Positions 23,483-37,339 of a stretch of DNA of 64,000 nt are shown piece after piece; position 1 is the first letter of the stretch, and the number at the start of each line of letters is the position of its first letter. A program made the position numbers and the translations under genes. This stretch comes from Pristiophorus japonicus (lineage: Eukaryota), in contig NC_091999.1 in the NCBI RefSeq assembly GCF_044704955.1, positions 23,746,001-23,810,000 on the forward strand, given 5' to 3'. The notes below the pieces were generated by a model. The model was not told the DNA's origin and made no database searches. It saw only the letters and a list, made by a program, of their open reading frames with translations.

Positions 23483-26400
23483 ATGGTTAGTTTTGAGAGT
23501 TGGAACGCAAGTCAACAGACCAGGGTCGGAGATCAACTCGCCAATCAGACTGGGCCCTCGATGGACAACGCCTATGACGAAGTGGCACAGAACAAAACCA
23601 TCGTCCTTCCCTGCTTTCTTGTATTAGTGCTTGTATCGAGCATTACCGGGACCTCAAGTGCACTGTGGCACATCGTACGAATGAAGAAGGTCTCAGAAGC
23701 AAGTGATGTCCTCCTTCTGGATTTAATGATCACCGACTTCTTGATTATCCTGGTCTCTATACTTTCTCTTATTCAATTTATCCTTGGAAGCAGATTATGG
23801 AGTAATTCCATGATGTCAGTGCCCTCTTGCGTCTAATCAATCTTTATGGCAACGCACTTTTCATGACCTGCATTGCTATTACATAGAAACATAGAAAATA
23901 GGTGCAAAAGTAGGTCATTCGGCCCTTCGAGCCTGCACCACCATTCAATATGATCATGGCTGATCATGCAACTTCATTACCCCATTCCTGCTTTCTCTCC
24001 ATACCCCTTGATCCCTTTAGCTGCAAGTGCCTCATCTAAGTCCCTTTTGAATATGTCTAACCAACTGGCCTCAACAACTTTCTGTGGTAGAGAGTTCCAC
24101 AGGTTCACATTTCTCTGAGTGAAGACGTTTCTCCTCCTCTCGGTCATAATTGGCTTACCCCTTATCCTTAGACTCATGGTGCTGGACTTCCACAAGATCG
24201 GGACCATACTTCTTGCATCTAACCTGTCCAATCCCATCAGAATTTAGCATGTTTCTATGAGATCCCCTCTCATTCTTCTAAATTCCAGTGAATATATGCC
24301 TAGTCGATCCAGTCTTTCTTCATATGTCAGTTCTGCCATCCCGCGAATCTGTATTTTGAACCGTCGCTGCACTCCCTCAATAGCAAGAATGTCCTTCCTC
24401 AGGTAAGGAGACCAAAACTCTACACAAATATCAAGGTGTGGCCTCACCAAGGCCCTGTACAACTTCAGTAAGACCTCACTGCTCCGATATTCAATAACTT
24501 TCGCTATGAAGGCCAACATGCCATTCACCGCTTGCTGAACCTTCATGCCAACTTTCAATAACTGATGTACCATGACACCCAGGTGTCGTTGCACCTCCAT
24601 TTTTCTTATTTGTCACCATTCAGATAATATTTTGCTTCCCTGTTTTTGTCAACAAAGTGGATAACCTCACATTTATCTATATTATACTGCATCTGCCATG
24701 CATTTGCCCACTCACCTAACCTGTCCAAGTCACCCTGCAGCCTGTTACCATCCTCCTCACAGTTCACACTGCCATCCAACTTAGTGTCATCTGCAAACTT
24801 TCAATTCCTTCGTCTAAATAATTAATGTATATCGTAACTAGCTGAGGTCCCAGCACTGAACCTTGAGGTACCCCACTCGTCACTGTCTGCAATTCTGAAA
24901 AGGAACCGTTTATTCCTACTCTTTGCTTCCTGTCTGCCAATCAATTCTCTATCTACGGCAATACATTACCCCCAATACCATGTGCTTTAATTTTTACACA
25001 CTAATCTCTGATGTGGGACCTGGCCAAAAACCGTTTGAAAGTCCAAATACACCACAACCACTGGTTCTCCCTTGTCCACGCTACTGGTTACATCCTAAAA
25101 AACTTCTAGACGATTTGGCAAACCTGATTTCCCTTTCATTAATCCATGCTGACTTGGACCGATCCTGTCACTGCTTTCCAAATGCGCTGCTATTACATCT
25201 TCAATGATGGATTTCAACATTTTTCCCACTACCGATATCAGGCTAACCGGTCTATAATTCCCTGTTTTCTCTCTCCCACCTTTTTTAAAACGTGGGGTTA
25301 CATTAGCTATCCTCCAATCTATAGGAACTGATCTAGAATCGATAGAATGTTGGAAAATGAACACCAATTCATCCATTATTTCTAGGGTAACTTCCTTAAA
25401 TACTCAGGGATGCAGAATATCAGTCCCTGGTGTTTTATCGGCCGTCAATCCCATCAATTTCCCTAACACCTGATTCTGACTGCAAGGGAACTATATTTGT
25501 CCCAACTAATTTTTTTCTCTTTACATATCTATCGAAGCTTTGCAGTCAGTTTTCATGTTCTCTGCAAGCTTCCTCTCATACTCTAGTTGCCCCCTCCTAA
25601 TTAAATCCTTTGTCCTCCTCTGCTGAATTCTAAATTTCTCCCAGTGCTCAGGTTTGCTGCTTTTCTGGCTAGTTTATATGCCTCTTCCTTGGATTTAACA
25701 CAATCCCTAATTTCACTTGATAGCTACGGTTGAGCCAATTTCCCCGTTTTGTTTTTATGCCAGACATGGATGTGTAATTATTGAATTTCATCCATGTGAT
25801 CTTTAAATGTCTGCAATTGCCTATCCACCTCAACCCTTTAAATATCATTCGCCAGTCTATCCTAGCCAATCCACGTTTCATTCCATCGAAATTAACCTTC
25901 TTTAATTTCAGGACTTTATTCTCTGAATTAACTGTGTCACTCTCCATCTTAATGAAGAATTATATCACATTAAGGTCACTCTTCCCCAAGTGCCCTCGTA
26001 GAACAAGATTGCTAATTAATCCTCTCTCGTTACACAATCTAGGATGGCCAGCTCTCTGGTTGGTTCCTCGACATATTGGTCTAGAAAACCATCCCTTATA
26101 CACTCCAGGAAATCCTCCTCCACCATATTGCTACCTGTTTGGTTAGCCCAATCTATATGTAAATTAAAGTCACCGATGCTAACTGCTGTACCTTTATTGC
26201 ACGCATCCCTAATTTCCAGTTTGATGCCACCCCAACCTCACTATGACTGTTTGGTGGTCCGAACACAAATTCCACAAGCGTTTTCTGCCCTTTGGTGTTC
26301 CGCAGCTCTACCCATACAGATTCCGCTTCATCCAAGCTAATGTCCTTCTTTACTATTGCTTTAATCTCCTCTTTAACCAGCAACGCTACCCCATCTCCTT

Positions 26401-26960
26401 GACCAATATATTTTTTTGTCCACCACATTAGGTCTCATGTCTGGTGAAGGCCTTGATGCTACCTCATTCTAGTCTATGCAATTTGGGTGGCAGTGTTGGC
26501 CCTGAGCCTGATAGCCTTTTCATAATGAGAATTAGCAGATAAGGTTTCATGCAAATATATGCAATTATCGTGGCAAATCTTCATGCAATTTTTTTAAATT
26601 AAATTATTTCCGATCCTGATGTTGTTGATCTGCTATAACCTAACCGCAAAAGTAATGATAGAAGTGGGAGCTGAGAAGGAATCTATAGAGCTGATGAAGA
26701 AGAAAGTGCTGAAGTACATTCGTGTAATTTTGGTGCTTCTTTTCTGCTTTGACCCTTATCACATCCTTGAACTGTATTTTGATTGCATTTTGAGATTAAG
26801 GATTTGCTAGATCCAGCGAATCCATTCCCAGTTTTTTTACAGGGGCAATAGTAAATTTTACAACTGGACCCTCCCTTCATTCATTGCCTTCCTCAATCCC
26901 TTGCTGTACATTTTCAGGTCGCAGAGCTTTGAATGGCGATCGCGCTGCTGCACTGTGTAA
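23483..26960 (+). pseudogene. Single-exon P2Y/delta-group class A GPCR pseudogene, interrupted by a CR1
   Basis: 5' part 23483-23880 covers TM1-TM3 (VLPCFLVLVLVSSITG...SDVLLLDLMITDFL.../NLYGNALFMTCIAI). 3' part 26401-26960 starts DQY (DRY position), then ...LLICYNL...VLLFCFDPYHI.../AFLNPLLYIF...CCTV*. Confidence 0.8.
23881..26400 (-). mobile_element. CR1 LINE (ORF2 EN-RT with internal deletion) inserted in the GPCR
   Basis: (CATAGAAA) tail at 23881; RT and EN ORF fragments 23977-26428; sharp junctions with host codons. Confidence 0.92.
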
Positions 26961-27816
26961 CATGCTCGAAACAGTAACCCACACGCTCACATCAGCAGGG
27001 TCTGAGTTAGAGTGTAAGAACTCACCATCTGCTTTTCCACATTAAGTAGGGGGAGAATGTGCTGAAGACACGGACATCATGAGCAACAGTGTTTGTCCAG
27101 TTGTTGCGACTGAGCAAATAGGCTACAAATTATAGCAGATTGAACTTGCCTGAAGTGAAATCATTCCAAACTTAGCTTATGTGTCCATCAAGAACGAATG
27201 ATTACATTTATCTATCAATGTTACGTACTCATAAATTTGTTTTCTGTTGATTTATCTTACCGCGTATCACTATATGTACCGTTTAACCATATGCATATCT
27301 ATCCAACCATCTATCAATTTCCATCTTTCTATGTATGTTGCTGTTGATGCATCGATTAATATCTCTATCACAGAATCATTCTACCATTATCTACATATGT
27401 ATGTATCTCCATAATCTATCTATCTCTCTATCTAACTTTATTTATATGTTGCTATCTAAATCTGTTTATCTCTCCATCTATCTGTATCCATCACTCCTTC
27501 TATCGATCTGTCTCTATCGAATATTATTGGCCTGAATTTGCGGTCAGAGCTTTCCCATGGTCGAATGCCTCTGAACGACAAGAAAATACGAACCTAACTG
27601 ATGGTCACGGAAGTTCGAACACTGGTGCTCCTGGGCCTCTACAGGTACGCAGGCATAAACGGCCACATATCCCAGGGGTGCACGCGTTTAGCATGTGACC
27701 CTGGGACCATTTGGGCCAGGCCGACAAAACAAAAGGTGAATCCCAGTTATGTTCATGGAGATTCTACTAACTTTCGGAATCAACAAAAGCATAAATAGGA
27801 ATGTGCCTGTTGGACA

Positions 27817-30780
27817 TGGCCAGAAAAAGCAGCAAACCTGAGGACTGGGAGAAATTTAAAATTCAGCAGAGGAGGGCTAAGGGTCAATTTCGGACCGTGG
27901 AATATAGATTATGAGAGGAAGCTTTCTGGGAACATAAAAACTGACTGCAAAAGCCTCTATAGATATGAAAAGAGGAAAAGATTAGTGAAGACAAACGTAG
28001 GCCTCTTTCAATCAGAATCAAGTGAATTTATACTGGGAAACAAAGAAATGGCAGACAAATTGAACAAATACTTTTGTTCTGTCTTCACTGAGGAAGACAC
28101 AAATAACGTTTCAGAAATACTAGTTCCTCCTTCTCGATGGTCTATCGAGAAGGAGGAACTGAAGGAAATTCTTCTTGGACAGGAAATTGTGTAAGGGAAA
28201 TTGACGGGATTGAAGGCCGATAAATTCCCAGGGCCTGATAGTCTGCATCCCATGAGTACTTACGGAAGTGACCCTAGAAATAATGGATGCGTCGATGATA
28301 ATTTTCCAGCAGTCTATCGACTCTGGATTAGTTCCTATGGACTGGAGGGTAGTTAATGTAACACCACTGTTTAAAAAAGGAGGGAGAGAGAAAAGGGGAA
28401 ATTATAGACCAATTAGCCTGACATAAGTACTGGGGGAAATGTTGCAATCAATTGTTAAAGATGAATTAGCGGCATTTGGAAATCAGTGAAAGGAGCGCTC
28501 CAAGTCTGCATGCATTTAGGAAAGGGAAATCATGCTTGAAGAATCTTTTAGAATTTTTGAGGACGCAACTAGTGGAGTGGACAAGGGAGAACCAGTGGAT
28601 GTGATGTGTTTGGACTTTCAAAAGGCTTGTGACAAGGTACCACACAAGAGATTGGTTTGCAAAGTAAAGCACATGGTATTGGGGGCAATGTATTGACGTG
28701 GATAGAGAAATGGTTAGCAGACAGGAAGCAGAGAGTCGGGTTAAACGTGTCCTTTTCAGAATTGCAGGCAGTGACTAGTGGGGTGCCACAGGGGTCAGTG
28801 CTGGGATCCCAGATATTTACAATATACATCAATGATTTAGATGCAGGAATTGAGAGTAATATCTCCAAGCTTGCAGATGACACTTAGCTGGGTGGTGGTG
28901 TGACCTGTGAGGAGGATGCTAAGAGACTGCAGGATGACTCGGACAGGTTAGGTGAGTAAGCAAATGCATCACAGATGCAGTATAATGTGGATAAATGTGT
29001 GGTTATCCAATTTGGTGGCAAAAACGTGAAGCCAGAATATTATCTGAATGGTGGCAGATTATGTAAAGGAGAGGTGCAACAAGACCTGCGTGTCATGGTA
29101 CATAAGTCATTGAAGCTTGAAATGCAGGTGCAGCAAGTGGTGAAGAAGGCAAATGGCATTTGGGCGTTCACAGCTAGGGGTTTTGAGTATAGGAGCAGGG
29201 AAGTCTTCCTGCAGCTCTACAGGGCCTTGCTGAGGCCTCTCTTGGAATATTGTGTTCAATTTTGGTCTCCTAATCTGAGGAAGGAAGTTCTTGCTATTGA
29301 GGGAGTGCAGCGCAGGTTCACCAGACTGATGCCCGGGATGGCAGGACTGACATCTGAGGAGAGACTGGATCGACTGGGCGTCTATTCACTGGAGTTTAGA
29401 AGAATGAGAGGGGATCTCCTACAAACATACAAAATTCTGACGGGACTGGACAGGTTAAATGCCGGAAGAATGTGCACGATGTTGGGGGATTCAGAACTAC
29501 AGGTCAGAGTCTAAGGTTGAGGGGTAAGCCATTTAGGACCGAGATGAGAAGAAACTACTTCACTCAGAGAGTTGCTCTCCTGTGGAATTCTTTTCCGCAG
29601 AGAGTTGTTGATGCCAGTTCGTTAGATATGTTCAGGTGGGAGTTGAATATGGACCTTATGGCTAAAGGGAGCAAGGGGTATGGAGAGAAGGCAGGAAATG
29701 GGTATTGAGGTGAACATAGAAACATAGAAACATAGAAAATAGGTGCAGGAGCAGGCCATTCAGCCCTTCTAGCCTGCACCGCCATTCAATGAGTTCATGG
29801 CTGAACATGAAACTTCAGTACCCCCTTCCTGCTTCTCGCCATAACACTTGATCCCCCGAGTAGTAAGGACTTCATTTAATTCCCTTTTGAATATATTTAG
29901 TGAATTGGCCTCAACTATTTTCTGTGGTAGAGAATTCCACAGGTTCACCACTCTCTGGGTAAAGAAGTTTCTCCTCATCTCGGTCCTAAATGGCTTATCC
30001 CTTATACTCAGACTCTGACCCCTGGTTCTGGACTTCCCCAACATTGGGAACATTCTTCCTGCATCTAACCTGTCTAAACCCGTCAGAATTTTAAACGTTT
30101 CTTTGAGGTCCCCTCTCATTCTTTTGAACTCCAGTGAATACAAGCCCAGTTGATCCAGTCTTTCTTGATAGGTCAGTCCCGCCATCCCGGGAATCAGTCT
30201 GGTGAATCTTCGCTGCACTCCCTCAATAGCACGAATGTCTTTCCTCAAGTTAGGAGACCAAAACTGTACACAATACTCCAGGTGCGGCCTCACCGAGGCC
30301 CTGTACAACTGTAGCAACACCTCCCTGCCCCTGTATTCAAATCCCCTCGCTATGAAGGCCAGCATGCCATTTGCTTTCTTAACCGCCTGCTGTACCTGTA
30401 TGTTAACCTTCAATGACTGATGTACCATGACACCCAGGTCTCGTTGCACCTTCCATTTTCCTAATCTGTCACCATTCAGATAATAGTCTGTCTCTCTGTT
30501 TTTACCACCAAAGTGGATAACCTCACATTTATCCACATTATACTTCATCTGCCATGCATTTGCCCACTCACCTAACCTATCCAAGTCACTCTGCAGCCTA
30601 ATAGCATCCTCCTCGCAGCTCACACTGCCACCCAACTTTGTGTCATCCGCAAATTGGGGGATACTGCATTTAATCCCCTCGTCTAAATCATTAATGCTCA
30701 GCCATGATCTTATTTAATGGTGGTGCAGGCTCGAAGGTCCGAATGGCCTACTCCTGCAGCTATTTTCTATGTTTCTATGC
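27817..30780 (+). mobile_element. CR1 LINE (RT to 3' tail), split by a nested antisense CR1
   Basis: ORFs 28657..28887, 28975..29514 and 29472..29708; the 3'UTR stops at 29714 and resumes near 30696, ending in tttctatg repeats. Confidence 0.9.
29715..30692 (-). mobile_element. Young 5'-truncated CR1 nested in a CR1 3'UTR
   Basis: Uninterrupted 288-aa ORF2 C-terminus (29769..30635) and (CATAGAAA)n tail. Confidence 0.92.
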
Positions 30781-30989
30781 TTCGATGTTCCTACTGACCT
30801 GCTCTATCAGGTCCTCTCTACCTGGTTTTCAGAGATCACATTGTAGGTGAGCACCTTAATCGTGGAGCAGTTTGCAGACTTGTGCATAGTATACTGACAC
30901 AGTGCATCGCCCCCCGCCCCCCACCCCTGCACCAGTTCCAGCACGTGACTCTCCTGCGCTTTCCGATTCTCTCTCCAACAGCTCACACT

Positions 30990-31665
30990 TTTGTCGTTGG
31001 TTATTTTCTACTGACCACGTATTTTCTGGCCTCGTGTCTCGACTTCGCTGCTAGCCACCTGTGACGGTATTTTCTGCATCTTCCCTGGGTCCCGATCTCC
31101 TTGTTGGTCCGTGCTGTACCTTTCCTGGTCACAACCTACCTGTTGGATCGTGCTGTACCTTCCCTGGGTCCCGATCACCCTGTTGTTCGTACCTTACTTT
31201 CCTCGAGTACCGATATTGCTGTTGGCCTCAGCCTCCGACCTCACTGCTGGTTTGTGATGAACCTTCCCTGGATGCCAACTTTATTGCCTGTCTTGGCTTC
31301 CCGACCTCGCTTCTGCACTGTGCCTCACGACCCTGCAGCTGGTCCGTGCTGTTTCTTCCCAGGGTCCCGACCTTACTGCTGGCCTTGGCTTCCCAACCTC
31401 GCTCCTGCACTCGGTCTCCGGACCTAGCTGCTGGTCTGTGCTGTACCTTCCCTGGGTTCCGTACTCCTGCCGACCCCTGCTAAACCGTTCATGGGTACTC
31501 CGATCCTCGCCGGCCATCGATTCCCACCGGTCCTCCGATTCTCCATTCCCGCCGTCACCCAGCAACTGGTGCCACGTATTTTTACCGTGGTTTCACTCGT
31601 TTTCTTGCCAATCGCTGCCCGACTTGGATGGATTGGAGACACCCGGTGTTTGCGCCACACACACC
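30990..31665. repeat. GC/pyrimidine-rich internally repetitive element (copy 1)
   Basis: Repeated ctgctggtccgtgctgtaccttccctgggtcccgacct units; paralog at 38525-39280. Confidence 0.7.
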
Positions 31666-31669
31666 TTGA

Positions 31670-34600
31670 CACCCATGCAGCAGAGCCTCGTCTCCAATCA
31701 TCTTGCATCCCTTTGCCATTAGACCAAGACTTAGTCTGTCAGGTTCGGTGGTAGCTCGTGTGCAAGGGACACACCTCAGTAATATAATTCATGCAGGGGT
31801 ATCTTCTAACCTTTAAAATGAAGTTCAGGACCTGAAAGCTTTAGGACCCTCATGGACAATCCCAACATTAACAGACCAGAACGTCATAATGCTGCCATTG
31901 TCCGGGAACTGAGATGCTTCGACATCGACAACACTGCCCTGAGTGATACAAAGTGGGCAGGACAAGGTCAGCTCAAGGAACTAGGTGGTTGATACACATT
32001 CTCAAACGGCACACCAGAAGAATAACACAGTCTCAATGGGGAATACGCACCAACCCTGGAAACTACGGACACGGACAAAGAGGAATTCTACTCCAGCCTG
32101 GGACAATCCCTGTCCCGACTCCCAATAGGCAACACGCTGATTATTCTTGATGACTTTAACGGCAGAGTTGCAAAGGACACAGACCTCATGAGAGGGGTGA
32201 CTGCCAGGGAAGGAGTAGGGAAAACCAACTCCAATGGGATCCTCCTCCTGAGGAATTGCTTATAACATGGTCTTGTCATATCCAAAACCTTGATTCGTCA
32301 GAATGACTACTACAAGGCCACATCGCAACAACCTCGTTCCAGGCACTGGCATCCGATTGAGGGACCACAAGGATGTCCGCATCACTCATGACATGACAGG
32401 AGCTGCTGACTGCTGCATTGACCACCGCCTAATCCGTTCTGTTATCTCCATCAATATAGCCTCAAAACAGCAGGGGCAACATAAATCCTGCCGTAAAAAA
32501 TCAACATTGAAGGTCTCAAAGACCCTGCAAAGAAAGTCCTAATCAGCCAACTGCTCACAGCCTACCTAACGACTTCCAATCAACCAAAGCCGCAGAGTGT
32601 CCATAGTGCCTGTTCTGCCCTAAATCCTCTAAAATTAGCATCTGCGAATAAACACTTGGCTACAATACCAGAAAATATCAAAACTGGTTCGATGCGAATG
32701 ACCAAGAGATCCAGGAGCTAATAAACCGCAAACGCAAATCATTTCTGAATTGGAAACAACACCACAACTCGAGTGAAAGCAAGCAGTTCTAGAGAAAACT
32801 AAAGGCTGAGGTACAACAAAAAACTCGTGACATAAGAACAGATGGTGGGTGGAAAACGCGCAGGAGATCCAGCAATTAGCTGACAATCATGACGTGCGTG
32901 GATTTTTTTTAGCACAATCAAGATCACCTACGGGCCAAGCACACTGTCCGATTCTGCAGAGAACCGAGAATGGAGGAGTGCTCTTCATGGACAGAGAGGC
33001 AGTCATTAGCCACATGAAGGAGCACTTTGTGGATCTCCTCAACCAAGCCTCTGTCTTTGATGTGAGTGTTCTTGAACCCATCCCACAACATATAACCCGT
33101 CACCACATCGGTAAAATCCTGACCCAGCACGAGAGTGAAAAGGCTATCTGACAACTAAAGAACAACAAGGCCTCAGGAATCCCCGCCGAAGCACTAACAT
33201 ATGGTGGAGTAATACACTTGGCGCGAATTCATGTCCTCATATCCCTTAACTGGAAGGAGGAGAGCATACCAGGGCCTCTCAAAGATGCCGTAATCGTGCC
33301 CATCTTCAAGAAAGGTGACAAGTCCGATTGCAGTAATTACAGAAATCCGCAGGGAATATTATCGCACAAGTCATCCTCAATTATCTCTTCCCAATGACTG
33401 AAGAGCTCCTCCCACAGTCGAAATGCGGATTCCACAAACTAAGGGGCACAATGGGCATGATATTCACCGTGTGACAATTCCACGAAAAATGTATAGAGCG
33501 ACTTCAATCTCTGTACATCGCTTACTTTGCTCTCACAAAGGTCTCCGAATCCGTCAACCATGAGGGATTATGGAGTGTCATTGTTGAAAAAAAATATGTA
33601 GTGGGAACCTAATTGGTTAATAAGGGGACCTAATTAAGTAAAGCTAAAAATTAAAAGCAAGTTTGTAAGAGAAAATAATACGTGCTACGAACATAGGGAA
33701 AATGATAGAACTAGAACGCTCAGGAAGATAGATCAACTTATCACAGTATAAACCAGACAGTTTGGAAAAATACATTCCAAGGCTAGGTTACATGGGGTAG
33801 TAAGAGATTACGGGAAACAAAAGATGATTGAAGAATATCTCACCTGATTCAAAGCAGTTAGGCAAAGAGGAGAAGAGCAAAGATTGATGTGACACTTAAC
33901 TTATCAGATAAAAAGTGCACAAGGACGTAACGAAGCTTGCTTTCAAAGCAATTGCATTAACCAATTAATATTTGTAATCGTAGTAGGTAGGCGAAAATTT
34001 TGTGATGCAGCAGGAAAACAACAAATGGAAAGCCTCTACATGGAACTTTATGATTTTGTATGTATTCATAGACAAACTTGTGTCGAGTATCTTTTTTAAT
34101 ACTCCATATCAGTCATTCTCAAATTTGGATCTCCTCTGAAATTTGTCACCAACGGATCTACTACAAACACAATATAAGTGAAGAAGGTGGTTAAGCAAGG
34201 CTGTGTCATCACAAGGACGCTCTTCTCAATCTTCCTCGCTGCAATTCTTCACATCATCTTTAAAAATCTCCCCACTAGTGTGTAGTTAATCTAATGGACA
34301 AGCAGGAAATTGTTCAACCTGTGACGCCTCCAGTACAGATCCAAGGTAGGCCCAGGCTCATTCATTGAATTACAGTATTCAGACGTTGCTTGCTTTTGTG
34401 CACATTCGGAGCCCATACACCAAACCTTCATTGACACTTTCACTGGAGCATACGAGAGTGTGGGCCTTTCATTAAGCATCAGTACGACAAACGTTCTCCA
34501 GCAACCCGACCCCGCTGCACAGTACTACTTCTCGATTATCAAGATCCATGTCGGGATCTTTGACAATCGGGACCACTTCCCATAACTTGGAAGCCTACTT

Positions 34601-35365
34601 TCAGCAAGGACAGACATCGATGACTAAGTCCATCACATTATTCAATGTGCCAGTGGAGCCTTTGGTCGTCTGAGGAAAAGAGTGTGCAAACACCAAGATC
34701 TCAATCCCAGCAACAAGCAAATGGAGTAAAGTGCAGTCGTGGTATCCGCCCTCTTCTATGCTTCAGAGACATGAACTATGTACAGTAGGCACCTCAAAGC
34801 ACTGGAGAAGTAGCACCAATGCTTCCTCCGCGAGATCATGCGAACTTATTGGCAGGATAAGCGCAACAACATCAGGGGTCTCTCTCAGGCCAAATTCCCT
34901 TGTATCATGGCATTTAATATGCTCGATCAGTTCCGATAGACGGGCCACATGGTCCACATGTCCGATACTAGAGTTCCGAAACAAGCATTCTTCTCTGAGC
35001 TATGACACAGCAGGCGAGGTCGAGGAGGGCAGAGAAAACGGTTCAACGACACCATCAAAGCCTCCTTGATAAAAATTAGCATCCCCACTGACCCTTGGGA
35101 ATCCCTGGCCCAAGTGGATCAGAAGAATCCTACAAGGCACCAAGGACTTCAAGTTTCTCCGCCGTGATCAAGTAGAAGCCAAGTATAAAGAGCGGAAGGA
35201 GTGAACGACAAATCAAGCACCCCACCCACCAGTCCCTCCAAAAACCCTCTGCCCCACCTGTGAGAGAGACTCTAAATCCAGCATTGTTCTCAGCAGTCAC
35301 CTTAGAACCCATTTTAGTTTGGAAGCAAGTCATCCTCAACTCGGGGGTCTGCCTAAGAGAAGATA
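31670..35365 (+). mobile_element. Near full-length decayed RTE-clade LINE
   Basis: N-terminal MKF..RTLMDNPN...RELRCFDIDNTALS (endonuclease), ILDDFNGRV, IFKKGDKSDCSNYR, VKQGCVI, and C-terminal zinc-finger-like tail; interrupted at 33582-34111. Confidence 0.88.
33582..34111. mobile_element. Solo LTR (530 bp) inserted in the RTE
   Basis: Starts TGTTG and ends TATCA, flanked by a perfect 5-bp duplication GTCAT (33577-33581 and 34112-34116); removing it restores RTE codons WSVILKFG. Confidence 0.78.
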
Positions 35366-37339
35366 ATATGAAGCCCCTAATAACAGAACTACACACCTGT
35401 TAATTATAAATCAAGCAATACATCAAAATGAATTAAAATACAATTAAAGTAAACATTTTAAACAAATATTAAACTTTTTGAAAAATAAATGTAAACGTTT
35501 TCAAGAAGTTAAGTTAACATAATAACTTTTAAAAGTTTTATTATGTTTAAATGATTAAAATATATTTTAATAATAACTGCAATTTTACACTGGTAAAATA
35601 AAACACTCTGCCTCCTTTTAACAGGTGCAAGATTTTCATGGGCATTCTCTAGGCAAATAGCCAAAATCTCCACCATCAAATGTCCATTTCCCAGGGATGC
35701 GGCCGATCTGTCAAGCAAAATCTTGACAGATTGCAATTTCTGGGTTTTCATGCATGCGCATCACTCCCAGAAAGCTGGAACTTGCGTGGCACTTATGGCC
35801 CCATTGGCACCATGTATGCATTAAATGCCACGGAAATTCCTGGCCATTATATTTATGTAACTCTATATATGTCTAAACCGTGTTGGAGATATTCCCACTG
35901 TTATGATGCTCATTATTTCTGCGAACCAATCACCAACTTGCCGTGCTGGACACTGGGCAGGGGAATGGAGAGGGATTCACAAATGGGACTTGTTCTGGAA
36001 TATTCTCTTGTCCCTTTGAAACCAAAGCAGGGCAGTACACTGTAGGATATGGGCAAAATGCAAGATCTGAAATGGAGGACTTGAAAGAACCTGCAACGAC
36101 CATCAGTCCATCAGCTTCACAGCAGCTGTCCAACGTTGTAGAGTTTGCTGACTATACAATGTACCACTTGCTTAAATTGTGGCGTAAATTTTACAAATTC
36201 AATGTTAATTTTTCTGATCAGTATGATAATTGATGCAAATTCAAAATAAATGGTGGAGTTTCAGAATAAATGTAACTTACGTTGATTGTAATGTATTATA
36301 TACATGTTGAGAAAAAGCTGATGTGGCGACCTGGAGGGTCTGGAGCTGCCTTAAGGCGCTAATAGGAATAAGTAGCATTTCTTAATGTGCTGATATGTTG
36401 AGAACCTGTGATTATTCCATCACGTGCAAGTCAGAATGACATTTCAATGGATGCTGTAGCTATGTTAGTAACAAGCTATTGTCATCGTAAGGCATGACGT
36501 TTCGTTTGGCCATTTGTAAGCTGAACATGTTAAAACTGCAGGCTTAGCAGTTTAGAATAAAGGACAGAAATTTTAACTTGAGACTTCAGATATGGTGGTT
36601 TAGAACCACCGAACGTGAGATGTAAATGTCTTGATACTGAAACATTTGAGATAACGGAAGGCATCTTCCAAAGCCAACGTGCGAGACTCTGATCGCTTTG
36701 GAAGAGACATGGGTGTAAACATTAACCATTCACATGGGCAGAGCCAACGGTTGAACAGCTGCTAGTCACAGACATATATGGATGTTTTTTATCATTGTAA
36801 ATTGTCAAGCTTACACTTCCGCACAATCATTTATAAAACCTGATGCAATTGTTTATCGGAGAGAGCCTTTGCTAATATTCTCTCCCCTGCATGCTTGTAA
36901 TAACGTTTCTCACATCATAGCCTGCCCACGACCCAGGGTAGTTTCTTTCCACATCAACAACTGAGGAGTACTGTGAAGTAGGATGAGGTGGAGCAATTGG
37001 AATGATGTAAAACAAAAATCAGAAGCCACTATCAACCAGGACCCAGATATTGTTTTTCACTCTTGAAGCATGCTGCCAGTGCGTCTGCCGTATAATACCG
37101 GAAATTGGGTTTTTGAAGTCCTTTTAATTGGACTCTGGATTTGTGGGACATGAATACACCAGAATTGTAAATTAGGCTATATTTTACTGTCTGATACAAG
37201 CATTATTTTGCTTTCGATGATTACTAGTCGAAATCACCTAGCATTTTATATAGTGACCAAGAAACAAGTGTAGTTATCAGTTTAAATGGAGTTGGAAAGC
37301 TGAGGGAGAATTATGATCAGAGATATGCAGAAATAATTC

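Noticed and set aside
35680-36233. Overlapping ORFs of 67-121 aa in non-repeat-looking sequence
   Set aside because: No recognisable domain or splice context
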